Source of the DNA: an uncultured Gammaproteobacteria bacterium
GTDB taxonomy: Bacteria > Patescibacteriota > Patescibacteriia > Magasanikbacterales > GCA-002688135
Direction of reading: 5' to 3'
Length of the DNA stretch: 64,000 nucleotides
Assembly: GCA_964536205.1 (NCBI GenBank)
Contig: CAZHVT010000002.1
Coordinates: 1,982 to 65,981 of the forward strand
Shown here: piece by piece, positions 37,291 through 47,048 of the stretch
Layout: each line of letters starts with the position of its first letter
Numbering within the stretch: position 1 is the first letter of the stretch
Notes under the pieces: model-generated
The model's database searches: none
The model's input: the letters and a program-made list of their open reading frames with translations, nothing else
Told to the model about the DNA's origin: nothing
Program-made: the position numbers and the translations under genes

Positions 37291-38451
37291 ATGGGGAAGC
37301 GCATAAAAAAGCACGCAAAACGAATAAAAAACATCGCATATTTCGAAGCAGTTGCATTGATGGTCGGAGCAATTATCGGCGCGGGAGTATTGGGAATTCC
37401 ATATGTAGTAGCACAAGCCGGTGTAGCAATTGGCGCATTTTATATTGTGTTATTAGGAATCATCATCACCTTTGTACATTTGATGATAGGTGAAGTCACA
37501 CTCCGCACAAAAAAGAAATTGCAAATCCCCGGACTTGGTACAAAATACCTAGGGAAATTCGGTGGGGTACTCATTGGAATAAATTTCATGTTCTTTAGTT
37601 ACATGGCGATTTTGGCATACATCATAGCTTCAGGGGATGTATTGGCGAGTATCGCACCGATCTTATCGGAATTTGGATGGAGTATGGTATTTTTTGCTGC
37701 ACTTGCTGTTGTTGTATACATTGGGCTTGAGGGAGTAAAAGTCGCAGAATTAATTTTAGCCGGCATTTTATTTCTACTTCTGACATCGCTTGTTATATTT
37801 GGCATCCCACACATCGATCCATCAAATTTGGTAGTTGTGCAATTTGCAAATGTATTTCTTCCTTTTGGCGTCATTATGTTTGCACTCGGCGGTGTTTCGG
37901 CAATTCCAGAGCTTGAAAATCTCATGCCAAACTCCGGACGCAAAATAGAACGTACAATCATTCTTGGAACAGCACTTCCGATGATTCTCTATTTGTTATT
38001 CTCGATTGTGGTCGTGGGGGTAAATGGATTATCAACAACTGAAGTCGCAACTATCGGATTAGGAAATGCAATCGGCTCGCACATCGTAGTTTTAGGAAGT
38101 TTATTTGCAATCATCGCCATGGGCACAAGTTTCCTTACTATCGGATTGGCTCTGCGACGTGTGTATGAATGGGATTTAAAACTTCCTAAGATGATTGCGT
38201 GGGCACTTGCACTGGGAATCCCACTCGGGTTATATCTCATCGGCGCACGAGATTTCATTAAAACTCTCGGATTGGCTGGCGCTTTGGGTGGTGGATTAGA
38301 AGGGATTTTACTCGTATTAATCTTCTGGAACGCACGCAAAAAAGGGGATATACAACCACGCGGATTACATGTACACTTCCCAAAAACAATCGGATCGATC
38401 GTCATTGCAACATTTGCTTTGGGAATGATCGTAACGTTATTTTTCGCGTAA
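37291..38451 (+). CDS. amino acid transporter (APC superfamily / aromatic amino acid permease-like)
   Basis: About 11 TM helices. N-terminal motif AVALMVGAIIGAGVLGIPY is typical of the amino-acid permease family. Confidence 0.55.
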   Translation: MGKRIKKHAKRIKNIAYFEAVALMVGAIIGAGVLGIPYVVAQAGVAIGAFYIVLLGIIITFVHLMIGEVTLRTKKKLQIPGLGTKYLGKFGGVLIGINFMFFSYMAILAYIIASGDVLASIAPILSEFGWSMVFFAALAVVVYIGLEGVKVAELILAGILFLLLTSLVIFGIPHIDPSNLVVVQFANVFLPFGVIMFALGGVSAIPELENLMPNSGRKIERTIILGTALPMILYLLFSIVVVGVNGLSTTEVATIGLGNAIGSHIVVLGSLFAIIAMGTSFLTIGLALRRVYEWDLKLPKMIAWALALGIPLGLYLIGARDFIKTLGLAGALGGGLEGILLVLIFWNARKKGDIQPRGLHVHFPKTIGSIVIATFALGMIVTLFFA

Positions 38452-38452
38452 T

Positions 38453-39151
38453 ATGTCATTTTTTGGAAATATCTGGAACACCTATCTCTACGAGCCACTC
38501 ATTAATGTGCTCGTATGGCTATACAATGGCCCAGCAAATGAAAATATCGTATGGGCAGTTATAGCGCTCACTCTTTTGCTACGCGTTCTTCTTTTGCCGC
38601 TATCAATCATTTCAGAAAAAAACAAAGCAAAGTTTGAAATGTTGAAAGATAAATTTGTTGGCATTCAAAAGAAATTCAAAAACGATCCAGTACAACGAAA
38701 AGCTGAAATCAGATCACTTTTGCGTGAACACAAATTCTCACCATGGGCGAAGGCAGTACTGTTGGGAATTCAGGTTTTGGTTTTTATCGTTTTGTATCAG
38801 GTATTTATCGGAGGAGTAAAAGGAAAAATCTCACGAGATATTTTGTATAGCTGGGTGGATTTTCCAAGTGTGATCAACACAAATTTCTATGGATTCAATG
38901 CTGCAGAAAAGAGCTTATTTTGGGCTGTGGTAGTTGGGGTTGTATTGATGTGGGGTGTGCGCAGAGAACTCAAACAACGCCGAGGAAAACTCACAAAATC
39001 TGACCTGTATTACTCCATTTTATTCCCCGGATCCGTCGTATTATTCCTCTGGCTCCTGCCAATGGTGAAGTCCATGTTCATATTGACAACAATATTATTT
39101 TCTGTTACGATTGCTGCGTTTGGTAAAGCTTTACGCAAACCAGACAAATAA
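38453..39151 (+). CDS. yidC: YidC/Oxa1 family membrane protein insertase (short form)
   Basis: Pattern LYEPLINVLVWLY ... ALTLLLRVLLLPLSI ... KFEMLKDKF ... Q..YQVF matches short YidC/SpoIIIJ. Confidence 0.6.
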   Translation: MSFFGNIWNTYLYEPLINVLVWLYNGPANENIVWAVIALTLLLRVLLLPLSIISEKNKAKFEMLKDKFVGIQKKFKNDPVQRKAEIRSLLREHKFSPWAKAVLLGIQVLVFIVLYQVFIGGVKGKISRDILYSWVDFPSVINTNFYGFNAAEKSLFWAVVVGVVLMWGVRRELKQRRGKLTKSDLYYSILFPGSVVLFLWLLPMVKSMFILTTILFSVTIAAFGKALRKPDK

Positions 39152-39160
39152 CCCTAAAAT

Positions 39161-39733
39161 ATGTCGCAAAACAGCGATTCAATCGACAAAATGATGTATT
39201 CCTTCGTCGTTGAGGACGTCCTCAAGGGCGTATTTGTATATGTCCCGCCCGGATATGTAGCATGTGTCTACGATCTCGGACGAGGTGTTTTAAAGAAAGT
39301 ATACGCACCAGGATTACACTTAAAAATCCCATTTTGGCAGAAAGCCAAGCTTTTTAATACACAAACATTAGAGTACGCAATTTCAAAGGATGTGACATTA
39401 GAAAACCCACGTGCATTGGGCGATGTGCCTATTGCATGTATGACATCAGATGATAAAAATATTGTTGTTGAAGCAACAGTTTTATTGCGCTTGAACGTCC
39501 ACCAAATCCCCGCAATCTGGCAGGCAATTGGTGAAGATTTTGTAGAAAAGATTGTGCGCCCAACCATTCAGTCTCGCGCACGCATGGTAGCATCTCGCTA
39601 TACTTCTTCAGAAATCACACAAACAAAACGCGAAGAAGTTGAAGATGCATTAAAAGCAGAACTTGAGCGCATTTTCTCACCACGAGGAATTCATGTTGAA
39701 AATGTGCTTCTTTCACAGGTTTGTCACGCATAA
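39161..39733 (+). CDS. SPFH/band-7 (stomatin/prohibitin/HflK-like) domain protein, short (190 aa, possibly C-terminally truncated)
   Basis: SPFH core pattern (LHLKIPFWQKAKLFNTQTLEY ... VEATVLLRLNV ... RPTIQSRARMVASRYTSSEI). It ends abruptly before the ORF-free region. Confidence 0.6.
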   Translation: MSQNSDSIDKMMYSFVVEDVLKGVFVYVPPGYVACVYDLGRGVLKKVYAPGLHLKIPFWQKAKLFNTQTLEYAISKDVTLENPRALGDVPIACMTSDDKNIVVEATVLLRLNVHQIPAIWQAIGEDFVEKIVRPTIQSRARMVASRYTSSEITQTKREEVEDALKAELERIFSPRGIHVENVLLSQVCHA

Positions 39734-39799
39734 CCACATAATGCAAAAAATCCTGCTCTGGCGGGATTTTTTAATTGACAAAAAAATAAGATGAATATA

Positions 39800-40085
39800 A
39801 GATAACTCGGCACTTAAAAACAAGGTCCAGTTGGTCTGGCCTGGGGGCGTCCCAGTGGAGGGTTCGAATCCCTTGATGCCTTGGCTGAGCGATAGGTTGG
39901 TCTGTGGGAGCCTAGGTGGGAGAAGCGACCACAGGGTTTTTCGCAATTCCATAAGACGCTTCGTATTGAGATACCACCCTTTCCATCCGAAATGGTTGAG
40001 GAATAAGACGATCCATAAGGGTGTCCCTCAATGTTCAATCGGCTCTGTGCACCCCTCACATCTACGGATGAGAGGGGGTTTTTAT
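39800..40085 (+). ncRNA. candidate structured non-coding RNA (identity unresolved), ending in an intrinsic terminator (40052-40085)
   Basis: About 290 nt with no credible ORF on either strand, and locally GC-rich. Contains a tRNA-like T-arm GAGGG-TTCGAAT-CCCTT (39857-39873) and several GGG/CCC helices. The terminator is CCCCTCACATC-TACG-GATGAGAGGGG + T5. Confidence 0.25.
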
Positions 40086-40100
40086 TTACACACATAAGTA

Positions 40101-40129
40101 TTGACAATAAATACGCTTTATTTTATACT
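40101..40129 (+). promoter_or_regulatory. sigma70-like promoter TTGACA-N17-TATACT of the hrcA operon
   Basis: Consensus spacing. Immediately followed by CIRCE. Confidence 0.5.
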
Positions 40130-40130
40130 C

Positions 40131-40157
40131 TTAGCACTCACATAGGGAGAGTGCTAA
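40131..40157 (+). promoter_or_regulatory. CIRCE operator (TTAGCACTC-N9-GAGTGCTAA), HrcA binding site
   Basis: Perfect match to the CIRCE consensus inverted repeat. Confidence 0.8.
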
Positions 40158-40265
40158 TCGACGCGAAGCGTCGTCCTGAGCATAATGTTAGTGGAGTCGA
40201 AGGATCCCGAGAGGATTTCTCACGAGATCCTTCGACTAAAACGCTCAGGATGACGTGGTTTCTAT

Positions 40266-40943
40266 ATGTTAAATCAACGACGTGCACACATTCTCGGGTT
40301 ACTTATTCGAGACTATATCGAACATCCACGTCCTGTGGGATCTTCGTCGTTGGTGAGAAAACATAATATGCAGATTTCTCCTGCAACAGTCCGAAACGAT
40401 TTCGCGGTACTGGAAGAAAACGGATTTATCACACAACCACACACATCCGCAGGACGCATCCCAACAGTGAGAGGATACAAATATTTTGTACAATATCTCG
40501 TCCGCGAAAGTGCATTAGCAAAACGCCAAGCCGCACAATTGAAATCTGCACGAGAACACAATCGTCGTTTATTGGCACAGCAGCTTTCAGATTTGTCAGG
40601 AGAATCAATTGCGCTTGTAGATCGCGACGGAAGATATTTCGTATCAGGATTATCTCAATTATTTAACAAACCAGAATTCGGTGACGAGAGAACACGAAAT
40701 TCAATTGGTGAACTGTTCGATCAATTTGAAAACATGGCACAAGATTTATTTAAACAGATGGATAATGAAGTTGAAACATTTATTGGTGATAAACGATTAG
40801 TCGCACCAAAATGCGCGGTCATGGGAATCAAAGTACATCCAGAAAGTCGCGAACCATTTCTCATTATGATGTGCGGGCCACTTCGCATGAATTACGAAGC
40901 AAATCGAGCCCTCCTCCAACATATTAAGAAGATCTATGAATAA
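40266..40943 (+). CDS. hrcA: heat-inducible transcription repressor HrcA (short, 225 aa)
   Basis: N-terminal winged-helix MLNQRRAHILGLLIRDYIEHPRPVGSSSL ... ISPATVRNDFAVLEENGF. CIRCE upstream and grpE-dnaK downstream. Confidence 0.7.
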   Translation: MLNQRRAHILGLLIRDYIEHPRPVGSSSLVRKHNMQISPATVRNDFAVLEENGFITQPHTSAGRIPTVRGYKYFVQYLVRESALAKRQAAQLKSAREHNRRLLAQQLSDLSGESIALVDRDGRYFVSGLSQLFNKPEFGDERTRNSIGELFDQFENMAQDLFKQMDNEVETFIGDKRLVAPKCAVMGIKVHPESREPFLIMMCGPLRMNYEANRALLQHIKKIYE

Positions 40944-41454
40944 AACAAAAGACACGACCAACGAGTCATCCCGTAGTCGTACGGGATCCACCAAGAAGAA
41001 ATCAAAAAAAGATACTGAGCAAGAAAGAGATGAGTATTTATTGGGATGGAAAAGAGCATTAGCAGATTATGAAAATCTGAAAAAAGATCTACACATCCAG
41101 AAGCAACACGCGCGTGAATCTGTCACCGCAGATATCGCACAAGCATACCTCCCCATTCTCGATCATCTGCAATCCGCAACCAAAAACACACCAGATATTC
41201 CAGAAGCAAAAGAGTGGTTCACCGGTGTCGGATTCATTGCACAGCAATGCGCAGATGTACTCAAAGAATTCGGAGTAGAGCAAATTGAGGCTGAAGGAGA
41301 ATTCAATCCCGAACTACACGAAGCAGTAGGAATGGAAACACACGAAGAAATGGAGGACAATATAATCATTAAGCAAACACAAGCAGGATTTAAACTAAAG
41401 GATCGAATCTTGCGCCCAGCAAAAGTAATTGTAAATAAATTAAACAACGAATAA
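40936..41454 (+). CDS. grpE: nucleotide exchange factor GrpE
   Basis: Coiled-coil N-terminal part and C-terminus GFKLKDRILRPAKVIV. Overlaps hrcA by 8 nt. Residues 10-18 are encoded by a palindromic-repeat arm. Confidence 0.75.
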   Translation: MNKTKDTTNESSRSRTGSTKKKSKKDTEQERDEYLLGWKRALADYENLKKDLHIQKQHARESVTADIAQAYLPILDHLQSATKNTPDIPEAKEWFTGVGFIAQQCADVLKEFGVEQIEAEGEFNPELHEAVGMETHEEMEDNIIIKQTQAGFKLKDRILRPAKVIVNKLNNE

Positions 41455-41462
41455 CTAGAAGT

Positions 41463-41529
41463 GTTATTCCGTAGTCGTACGGAATCCATCTCGGGAAAAG
41501 GCATGGATCCCGTACGACTGCGGGATGAC
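41463..41529. repeat. palindromic repeat copy B, variant subfamily (GTTATTCCGTAGTCGTACGGAATCCA-N15-TGGATCCCGTACGACTGCGGGATGAC)
   Basis: Read directly. The right arm is the near-exact inverse of the arm inside grpE at 40965-40990. Confidence 0.6.
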
Positions 41530-41561
41530 AGTCTAACTAATCGCTAAACGCTAACAAATAT

Positions 41562-43457
41562 ATGTCAAAAATCTTAGGAATTGATCTCGGAACCACAAAC
41601 TCATGTATGTCTATTATTGAGGGTGGAAAACCAAAGATCCTCGAAAACGCTGAAGGGCAGCGCACAACCCCATCAATTGTCGCAACAAATAAATCAGGTG
41701 AACGCATTGTTGGATTACCAGCAAAACGTCAAGCTGTGACTAATCACAAAAACACACTTTTTAGTGTGAAACGTTTGATTGGACGACGTTGGGAAGATAA
41801 AGAAGTGCAACGTGAAAAAGATTTGCTTCCGTATGAAATCGTGAAATCAGGTGTGGGAGTAAAAGTGAAAATGGGTGACAAAGAATTCACACCACAAGAA
41901 ATCGCAGCAATGATTCTCGCAAAAATGAAAGCGGATGCAGAAGCAAAAACTGGAGAAACTATCACAGAAGCTGTGATTACCGTTCCTGCATATTTTGACG
42001 ATGCTCAACGACAAGCAACAAAAGAAGCTGGAGAAATCGCAGGTTTGAAAGTTGCACGAATTATCAATGAGCCAACAGCAGCTGCTTTGGCATACGGTTT
42101 TGATAAACAAAAAGGAGAAAAAGTTGCTGTGTATGATTTGGGTGGTGGAACATTCGATATCTCAATTTTGGAAGTCGATGAAAACACAGTCGAAGTAAAA
42201 GCAACAAATGGTGACACACATTTAGGTGGAGATGATTTTGACAAAGCAATCATCAATTGGATCATCGAAGAATTCAAAAAGGATAAAGGAAAGGATCTTG
42301 CAAAAGATGATCTTGCGTTGCAACGAATTAAAGAAGCTGCAGAAAAAGCAAAAATTGAATTGTCATCTGCTGGTGAAACCGAAATCAATCAGCCATTTAT
42401 CACACAAGATGCAGATGGAACGCCATTGCATTTGGTATTGAAAATGACACGAGCAAAACTTGAGGAGCTCGTTTCTGAACTCGTACGAAATTCACTCGAC
42501 CCCGTAGAAAAGGCGTTGAAAGATGCAGGATTTGCAAAGGGTGATATCGATCAAATCATCATGGTTGGTGGAATGACTCGAATGCCACTAGTACAGGCTG
42601 AAGTTGAAAAATTCTTCGGCAAGAAAACAAATGTTTCAGTAAACCCTGATGAGGTGGTGGCTTCTGGTGCAGCAGTACAAGCTGGTGTGTTGCAAGGTGA
42701 AGTGAAAGACGTGCTTCTCTTGGATGTCACACCATTAACACTTGGTATCGAAACTATGGGTGGTGTCTCAACAGCTTTAATTGAGCGTAACACAACTATT
42801 CCCACATCAAAATCCCAAATCTTCTCAACTGCAGCAGAAAATCAACCTTCAGTTGAAATTCATGTGTTGCAAGGTGAGCGATCAATGTCTGGCGATAACA
42901 AAACCCTCGGACGATTCATGTTGGATGGAATTCCTCCAGCACCTCGCGGCGTTCCACAGATTGAGGTTTCGTTTGATATCGATGCAAACGGAATTTTGAA
43001 TGTATCTGCAAAAGATAAGGGGACAGGCAAAGAGCAAAAGATTACCATCACCGCATCAACCGGATTGTCAGATGAAGAAATTGAACGCATGACAAAAGAT
43101 GCGGAAGCACACGCTGAAGAAGACAAGAAAAAGAAGGATGCGGTAGAAACACGCAATAATGCAGAAACAATCATCGCAACAACAGATAAAATGATGAAAG
43201 AATCTGGCGATAAAATTGGTGAAGATGACAAAAAAGAAATCGAAGCAAAAATCGCTGAATTGAAAACTGCGCTTGAAGCTGATAACCTAGAAGACATGAA
43301 AGCAAAAATGGAAGAGCTTTCACAGGTTGCGCAAAAGATTGGTGCGGCAATGTATCAGCAGCAAGGAGCACCTACTCCGGAAGGAACAGAACCACAAAAA
43401 GAAAAAGTAGTTGATGGTGGGCCTGAAGATGTGATCGAAGGCGAGGTGGTTAAATAG
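41562..43457 (+). CDS. dnaK: molecular chaperone DnaK (Hsp70)
   Basis: Motifs [17 protein letters not shown] and IDANGIL. 631 aa. Confidence 0.9.
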   Translation: MSKILGIDLGTTNSCMSIIEGGKPKILENAEGQRTTPSIVATNKSGERIVGLPAKRQAVTNHKNTLFSVKRLIGRRWEDKEVQREKDLLPYEIVKSGVGVKVKMGDKEFTPQEIAAMILAKMKADAEAKTGETITEAVITVPAYFDDAQRQATKEAGEIAGLKVARIINEPTAAALAYGFDKQKGEKVAVYDLGGGTFDISILEVDENTVEVKATNGDTHLGGDDFDKAIINWIIEEFKKDKGKDLAKDDLALQRIKEAAEKAKIELSSAGETEINQPFITQDADGTPLHLVLKMTRAKLEELVSELVRNSLDPVEKALKDAGFAKGDIDQIIMVGGMTRMPLVQAEVEKFFGKKTNVSVNPDEVVASGAAVQAGVLQGEVKDVLLLDVTPLTLGIETMGGVSTALIERNTTIPTSKSQIFSTAAENQPSVEIHVLQGERSMSGDNKTLGRFMLDGIPPAPRGVPQIEVSFDIDANGILNVSAKDKGTGKEQKITITASTGLSDEEIERMTKDAEAHAEEDKKKKDAVETRNNAETIIATTDKMMKESGDKIGEDDKKEIEAKIAELKTALEADNLEDMKAKMEELSQVAQKIGAAMYQQQGAPTPEGTEPQKEKVVDGGPEDVIEGEVVK

Positions 43458-43512
43458 TCAGGATAGTGCATGAGTAACTTTCTTTAATCAAAGAAGGATA
43501 AGAAGTAAACAT

Positions 43513-43896
43513 ATGAAAATTGATCTTGTACTGTTTTGTGATTATGCATTGAAGGACGCAAATAGTAAGACGAGCTTGATAGGAGTATTTACCGAGTTGT
43601 ATGGAAGCAAAATGAAGCAAGGGGTGTCGATATCTGCTTACTTAGGAATTGGAATGAGTGATGCAAAGGAAGGAGAGAGATTTTCACTTCGAATGAAGCA
43701 TGCGAGTGATACAAATCTTTCTGAAATACTGCTCGCAAGTGACGTAAAAGTAAATGCTGTGAAGGGTACTACGCTTGCGATAGTACCGATTAAGATTTCG
43801 CTACCAAAACCAGAAAAGGTGGGGGCATGGGGGTTGCAAGTAAAGTATGATGACGATAAATGGCATGATGTTTCTTCGACTCTGTTAGTTTCGTAA
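43513..43896 (+). CDS. hypothetical protein (127 aa)
   Basis: ORF with an RBS-like purine tract. No motif. Confidence 0.4.
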   Translation: MKIDLVLFCDYALKDANSKTSLIGVFTELYGSKMKQGVSISAYLGIGMSDAKEGERFSLRMKHASDTNLSEILLASDVKVNAVKGTTLAIVPIKISLPKPEKVGAWGLQVKYDDDKWHDVSSTLLVS

Positions 43897-43900
43897 TTCT

Positions 43901-44395
43901 ATGATGGAAAATAAACTAACAAGCAATCTCAGTAGAAGTCCGGGTATTGATTTGGAAGATGATATAGATAGGCTGACTGGAACAGCAGCGGAAGGAAACA
44001 TGGGTATAGACGAGCTTAGGGTGATTGTTGGCAATATAGCGCATGCACTAAGGGAGGAGATTAGGGTCAGCGTTGAAAAGGTAGAGCCTGCGATTCAAAA
44101 AATAGGACCAGAGATCGATCGTGTCAGAAAGGAGGCCTTTACTCTATTATCTGTTTTCGCTGCCCTGTTTGCTTTCCTGTTTACGCAACAGCAGTTAACA
44201 GGTATTGGGTTGGCAAGTGGAATAGGAATAAAGGATATTATCAGACTTCAACAACATGGTGGCTTAATAATGCTTTTATTTCTCGGCGCTGTCTATCTCA
44301 TTCTAAATAATATTTCAAAGCAGATTTACAAAAAAATTATCATAACAGGATTTGGTATTGGTATTGTAATTTTAATTATAATGTTATCTATATGA
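43901..44395 (+). CDS. hypothetical membrane protein (164 aa)
   Basis: C-terminal TM helices. Confidence 0.4.
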   Translation: MMENKLTSNLSRSPGIDLEDDIDRLTGTAAEGNMGIDELRVIVGNIAHALREEIRVSVEKVEPAIQKIGPEIDRVRKEAFTLLSVFAALFAFLFTQQQLTGIGLASGIGIKDIIRLQQHGGLIMLLFLGAVYLILNNISKQIYKKIIITGFGIGIVILIIMLSI

Positions 44396-44802
44396 TAAAT
44401 AAAGTGAAGTACATAATGATCCCAGTCACTCTAATCCTACTAGGACTCGGCTGCAATCCAATCGAGCAACGACCAGAAAAACCAATAGCAGAATCAGTCC
44501 CACAACAAGCCACGGAACAAGATGTAATAGGAGCATGGATCACACAAGAAGGATCGATATTCGAAGAAATCATCATTGAGGAAGACGGAAGATATTTCAC
44601 GTTCTTGCGTGAACTACCTCTTGATGAAGGAAAATGGTTTTGGAATGACGAAACATCACAGTTAAAATTGAGCTCAACATTCAATGAAAAACTCTCACTA
44701 AATTTTGTGGAGTTGGAAGTTGAGGAAGAAGCATTGTTTCTAACAGATACAGATGATGTGCAACACGTCTGGTGGGTCGTAGATGCCTCCCACGACGATT
44801 AA
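44392..44802 (+). CDS. putative lipoprotein (136 aa)
   Basis: Signal peptide with lipobox LLGLGC. Confidence 0.4.
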   Translation: MINKVKYIMIPVTLILLGLGCNPIEQRPEKPIAESVPQQATEQDVIGAWITQEGSIFEEIIIEEDGRYFTFLRELPLDEGKWFWNDETSQLKLSSTFNEKLSLNFVELEVEEEALFLTDTDDVQHVWWVVDASHDD

Positions 44803-44810
44803 TACAAGTT

Positions 44811-44877
44811 GTCATCCCGGCGCAGGCCGGGATCCATCTTGATAAAAGGTATGGATCCCGGCCTGCGCCGGGATGAC
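44811..44877. repeat. palindromic repeat copy C (GTCATCCCGGCGCAGGCCGGGATCCA-N15-TGGATCCCGGCCTGCGCCGGGATGAC), perfect
   Basis: Read directly. Sits between the lipoprotein gene and dnaJ. Confidence 0.75.
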
Positions 44878-44888
44878 AATAAGAATAT

Positions 44889-45944
44889 ATGAGTAAAGAT
44901 TACTACAAAACTCTCGGAGTCGAACGATCAGCAACTGCTGACGAGATTAAACGTGCCTTCAGAAAGCAAGCTCATGAGCATCATCCCGATAAGGGCGGAG
45001 ACGAAGCAAAATTCAAGGAAGTAAACGAAGCATATCAAGTATTATCCGACGACCAAAAAAGGGGACAATACGATCAATTCGGATCTGACTTTCAAAATGG
45101 AGGAGGCTTCGGAGGTTTCGGACAAGGCGGATTTTCAGGAGACTTTTCGCAATTCGCTGGCGGATTTGGAGATATTTTTTCAAGTTTCGGATTTGGCGGA
45201 GGAGGCAGAACAAGAACTGCACGCGGTCAGGATGTTGTCGTAGATTTAGAATTATCATTACACGATGTTGCGTTCGGAATTGAGCGAGAATTAAGTTTAC
45301 ATAAAAACGATCTCTGTGATGACTGTTTAGGAAGCGGTGCAAAAAAAGGAACAAATTTAAAAACATGTGCAGAGTGTCATGGAAAAGGACAAACCGTGCG
45401 TGTGCAGCAAACTATTCTCGGTGCAATGAAAGCGGCGCAAGTTTGCAATGAGTGCCAAGGACAAGGACAAAAGCCAGAACAAAATTGTAATACCTGTCGT
45501 GGAGAAGGGTCATACAAAAAAACAGGAAACTTCAATATAAAAATTCCAGCAGGAATTGACAATGGCGAACAAATCAGATTGCGTGGAAAAGGTGAGGCTG
45601 GACCGCGCGGTTCAGAAGCAGGGGATTTGTATGTTCGTGTGCGCGTGAAACCTCACAAGATTTTAACACGTCGCGGATTTGATATTTTCTCTCGGGTCAT
45701 GGTTCCATTTACTACGGCTACTTTAGGAGGAGAGGTTAATGTAGAAACAATCGACGGAGAAATCGGAGTCAAAATCCCAAACGGCACACAAGGCGGACAA
45801 ACCATCAGATTACAAGACAAAGGAATAAATCATCTCTCTGGAAACGCGCGCGGAGATCACTACATTGAAGTACAAATCGAAGTCCCCAAACGCCCGTCTC
45901 GAAAAGCAAAAAAACTCCTCAAAGAACTTGAAAACGAATTATAA
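44889..45944 (+). CDS. dnaJ: molecular chaperone DnaJ
   Basis: J-domain with HPD (YYKTLGV...HEHHPDKGG), a G/F region and four CxxCxGxG zinc-finger repeats. Confidence 0.85.
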   Translation: MSKDYYKTLGVERSATADEIKRAFRKQAHEHHPDKGGDEAKFKEVNEAYQVLSDDQKRGQYDQFGSDFQNGGGFGGFGQGGFSGDFSQFAGGFGDIFSSFGFGGGGRTRTARGQDVVVDLELSLHDVAFGIERELSLHKNDLCDDCLGSGAKKGTNLKTCAECHGKGQTVRVQQTILGAMKAAQVCNECQGQGQKPEQNCNTCRGEGSYKKTGNFNIKIPAGIDNGEQIRLRGKGEAGPRGSEAGDLYVRVRVKPHKILTRRGFDIFSRVMVPFTTATLGGEVNVETIDGEIGVKIPNGTQGGQTIRLQDKGINHLSGNARGDHYIEVQIEVPKRPSRKAKKLLKELENEL

Positions 45945-46009
45945 GAAAAATAAAAAACTCGATGTGCGATCGGGTTTTTTATTTGGTCGTTTTCTAGTAT
46001 AATAAACAC

Positions 46010-46561
46010 ATGCCAAACATATCCGAAATCACAGAATTTCTATCCGGTGTAAACTGGAGCGAGCCGACATGGGATTTATTTGTCGCAGCTTTTTTTGTGT
46101 TAGCTGTTTTGTTGTATGGATTTTCAATGGGGAAATCAAGGCTCGTAGTGAACATGGTAGCGATCTATATCGCGATGGCAGTCGCACAAACTGTTCCAGA
46201 TTTAAGTGCGATCGGAAACAATCTGTCGCCACAAAACATGTTCACCGCTCAAGCAGTGGTATTCCTTATTGCTTTTGTTGGCCTCTACTATCTTCTCGCA
46301 AAAAAAAGCCCGCTCGGGCGAGTAGTACGAACATCACGAAAAGAGAAGTGGTCTCATGTCGCAGTGTATTCAGTTGTGCATGTTGGTTTGATTCTTTCAA
46401 CAATACTCTCATTCATTCCAGATGAAGAAGTCATGCCACTCTCACAAATCACACAAACAATCTTCACGCATGAAATCGCACACTTTCTCTGGGTCCTCGC
46501 ACCCATCATCATCATGATCCTCCTCCCCGAAAACATCCGTCGTTCAAATTACGACGATTAA
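46010..46561 (+). CDS. hypothetical membrane protein (CvpA-like guess)
   Basis: Four TM helices. Weak resemblance only. Confidence 0.35.
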   Translation: MPNISEITEFLSGVNWSEPTWDLFVAAFFVLAVLLYGFSMGKSRLVVNMVAIYIAMAVAQTVPDLSAIGNNLSPQNMFTAQAVVFLIAFVGLYYLLAKKSPLGRVVRTSRKEKWSHVAVYSVVHVGLILSTILSFIPDEEVMPLSQITQTIFTHEIAHFLWVLAPIIIMILLPENIRRSNYDD

Positions 46562-46594
46562 TTCAAGAAAACAATAAATCTAAAAAGCGAGAAA

Positions 46595-46619
46595 TCAAAA
46601 AACCGCATAGGCGGTTTTT
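46595..46619. terminator. bidirectional intrinsic terminator (AAAAAACCGC-ATAG-GCGGTTTTT) between convergent genes
   Basis: Read directly. Confidence 0.55.
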
Positions 46620-46626
46620 ATGGTTC

Positions 46627-47034
46627 CTACTTTCGATTATCTAGGGCCTTGTTGACCTCTGCATCAGCTTTTTTATTTTGCTCGCGCCGAACATGTTTGT
46701 ATGTGATGCGATCAAAACCAGTCGCGACATTCCAAACTTTCACAAAAATACTAGCCAGCTCATTATTCTTCACTTTATATTCTCGATTCATCTGCTTCAC
46801 GACTAATTCAGAATCTAGATAACAGGTGACTTCAGATGCGCCCATATCACGAACTTTCTCAACAGCAGCAAGCAATGCCAAATATTCCGCTTGGTTATTA
46901 GTCTTATGACCAATATATTTCCCAAACGATTCGATCACTTTTCGCTCTGCATCCATCACAACAACACCGATCGCCGCTGGTCCGGGGTTTCCACGAGCTC
47001 CTCCATCCGTATAGGTAATTAGTTTTTTACTCAT
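46627..47034 (-). CDS. rnhA: ribonuclease HI
   Basis: Motifs YTDGGARGNPGPAA ... AEYLALLAA ... DSELVV ... RREQNKKADAEV (the DEDD-type RNase H catalytic pattern). Confidence 0.8.
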   Translation of the reverse strand: MSKKLITYTDGGARGNPGPAAIGVVVMDAERKVIESFGKYIGHKTNNQAEYLALLAAVEKVRDMGASEVTCYLDSELVVKQMNREYKVKNNELASIFVKVWNVATGFDRITYKHVRREQNKKADAEVNKALDNRK

Positions 47035-47048
47035 AGTCTAATAGTATA

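Noticed and set aside
39857-39873. tRNA-like T-arm suggesting a fifth tRNA gene
   Set aside because: No complementary acceptor stem and no D or anticodon arms could be built in either orientation. Kept only as a feature of the candidate ncRNA.
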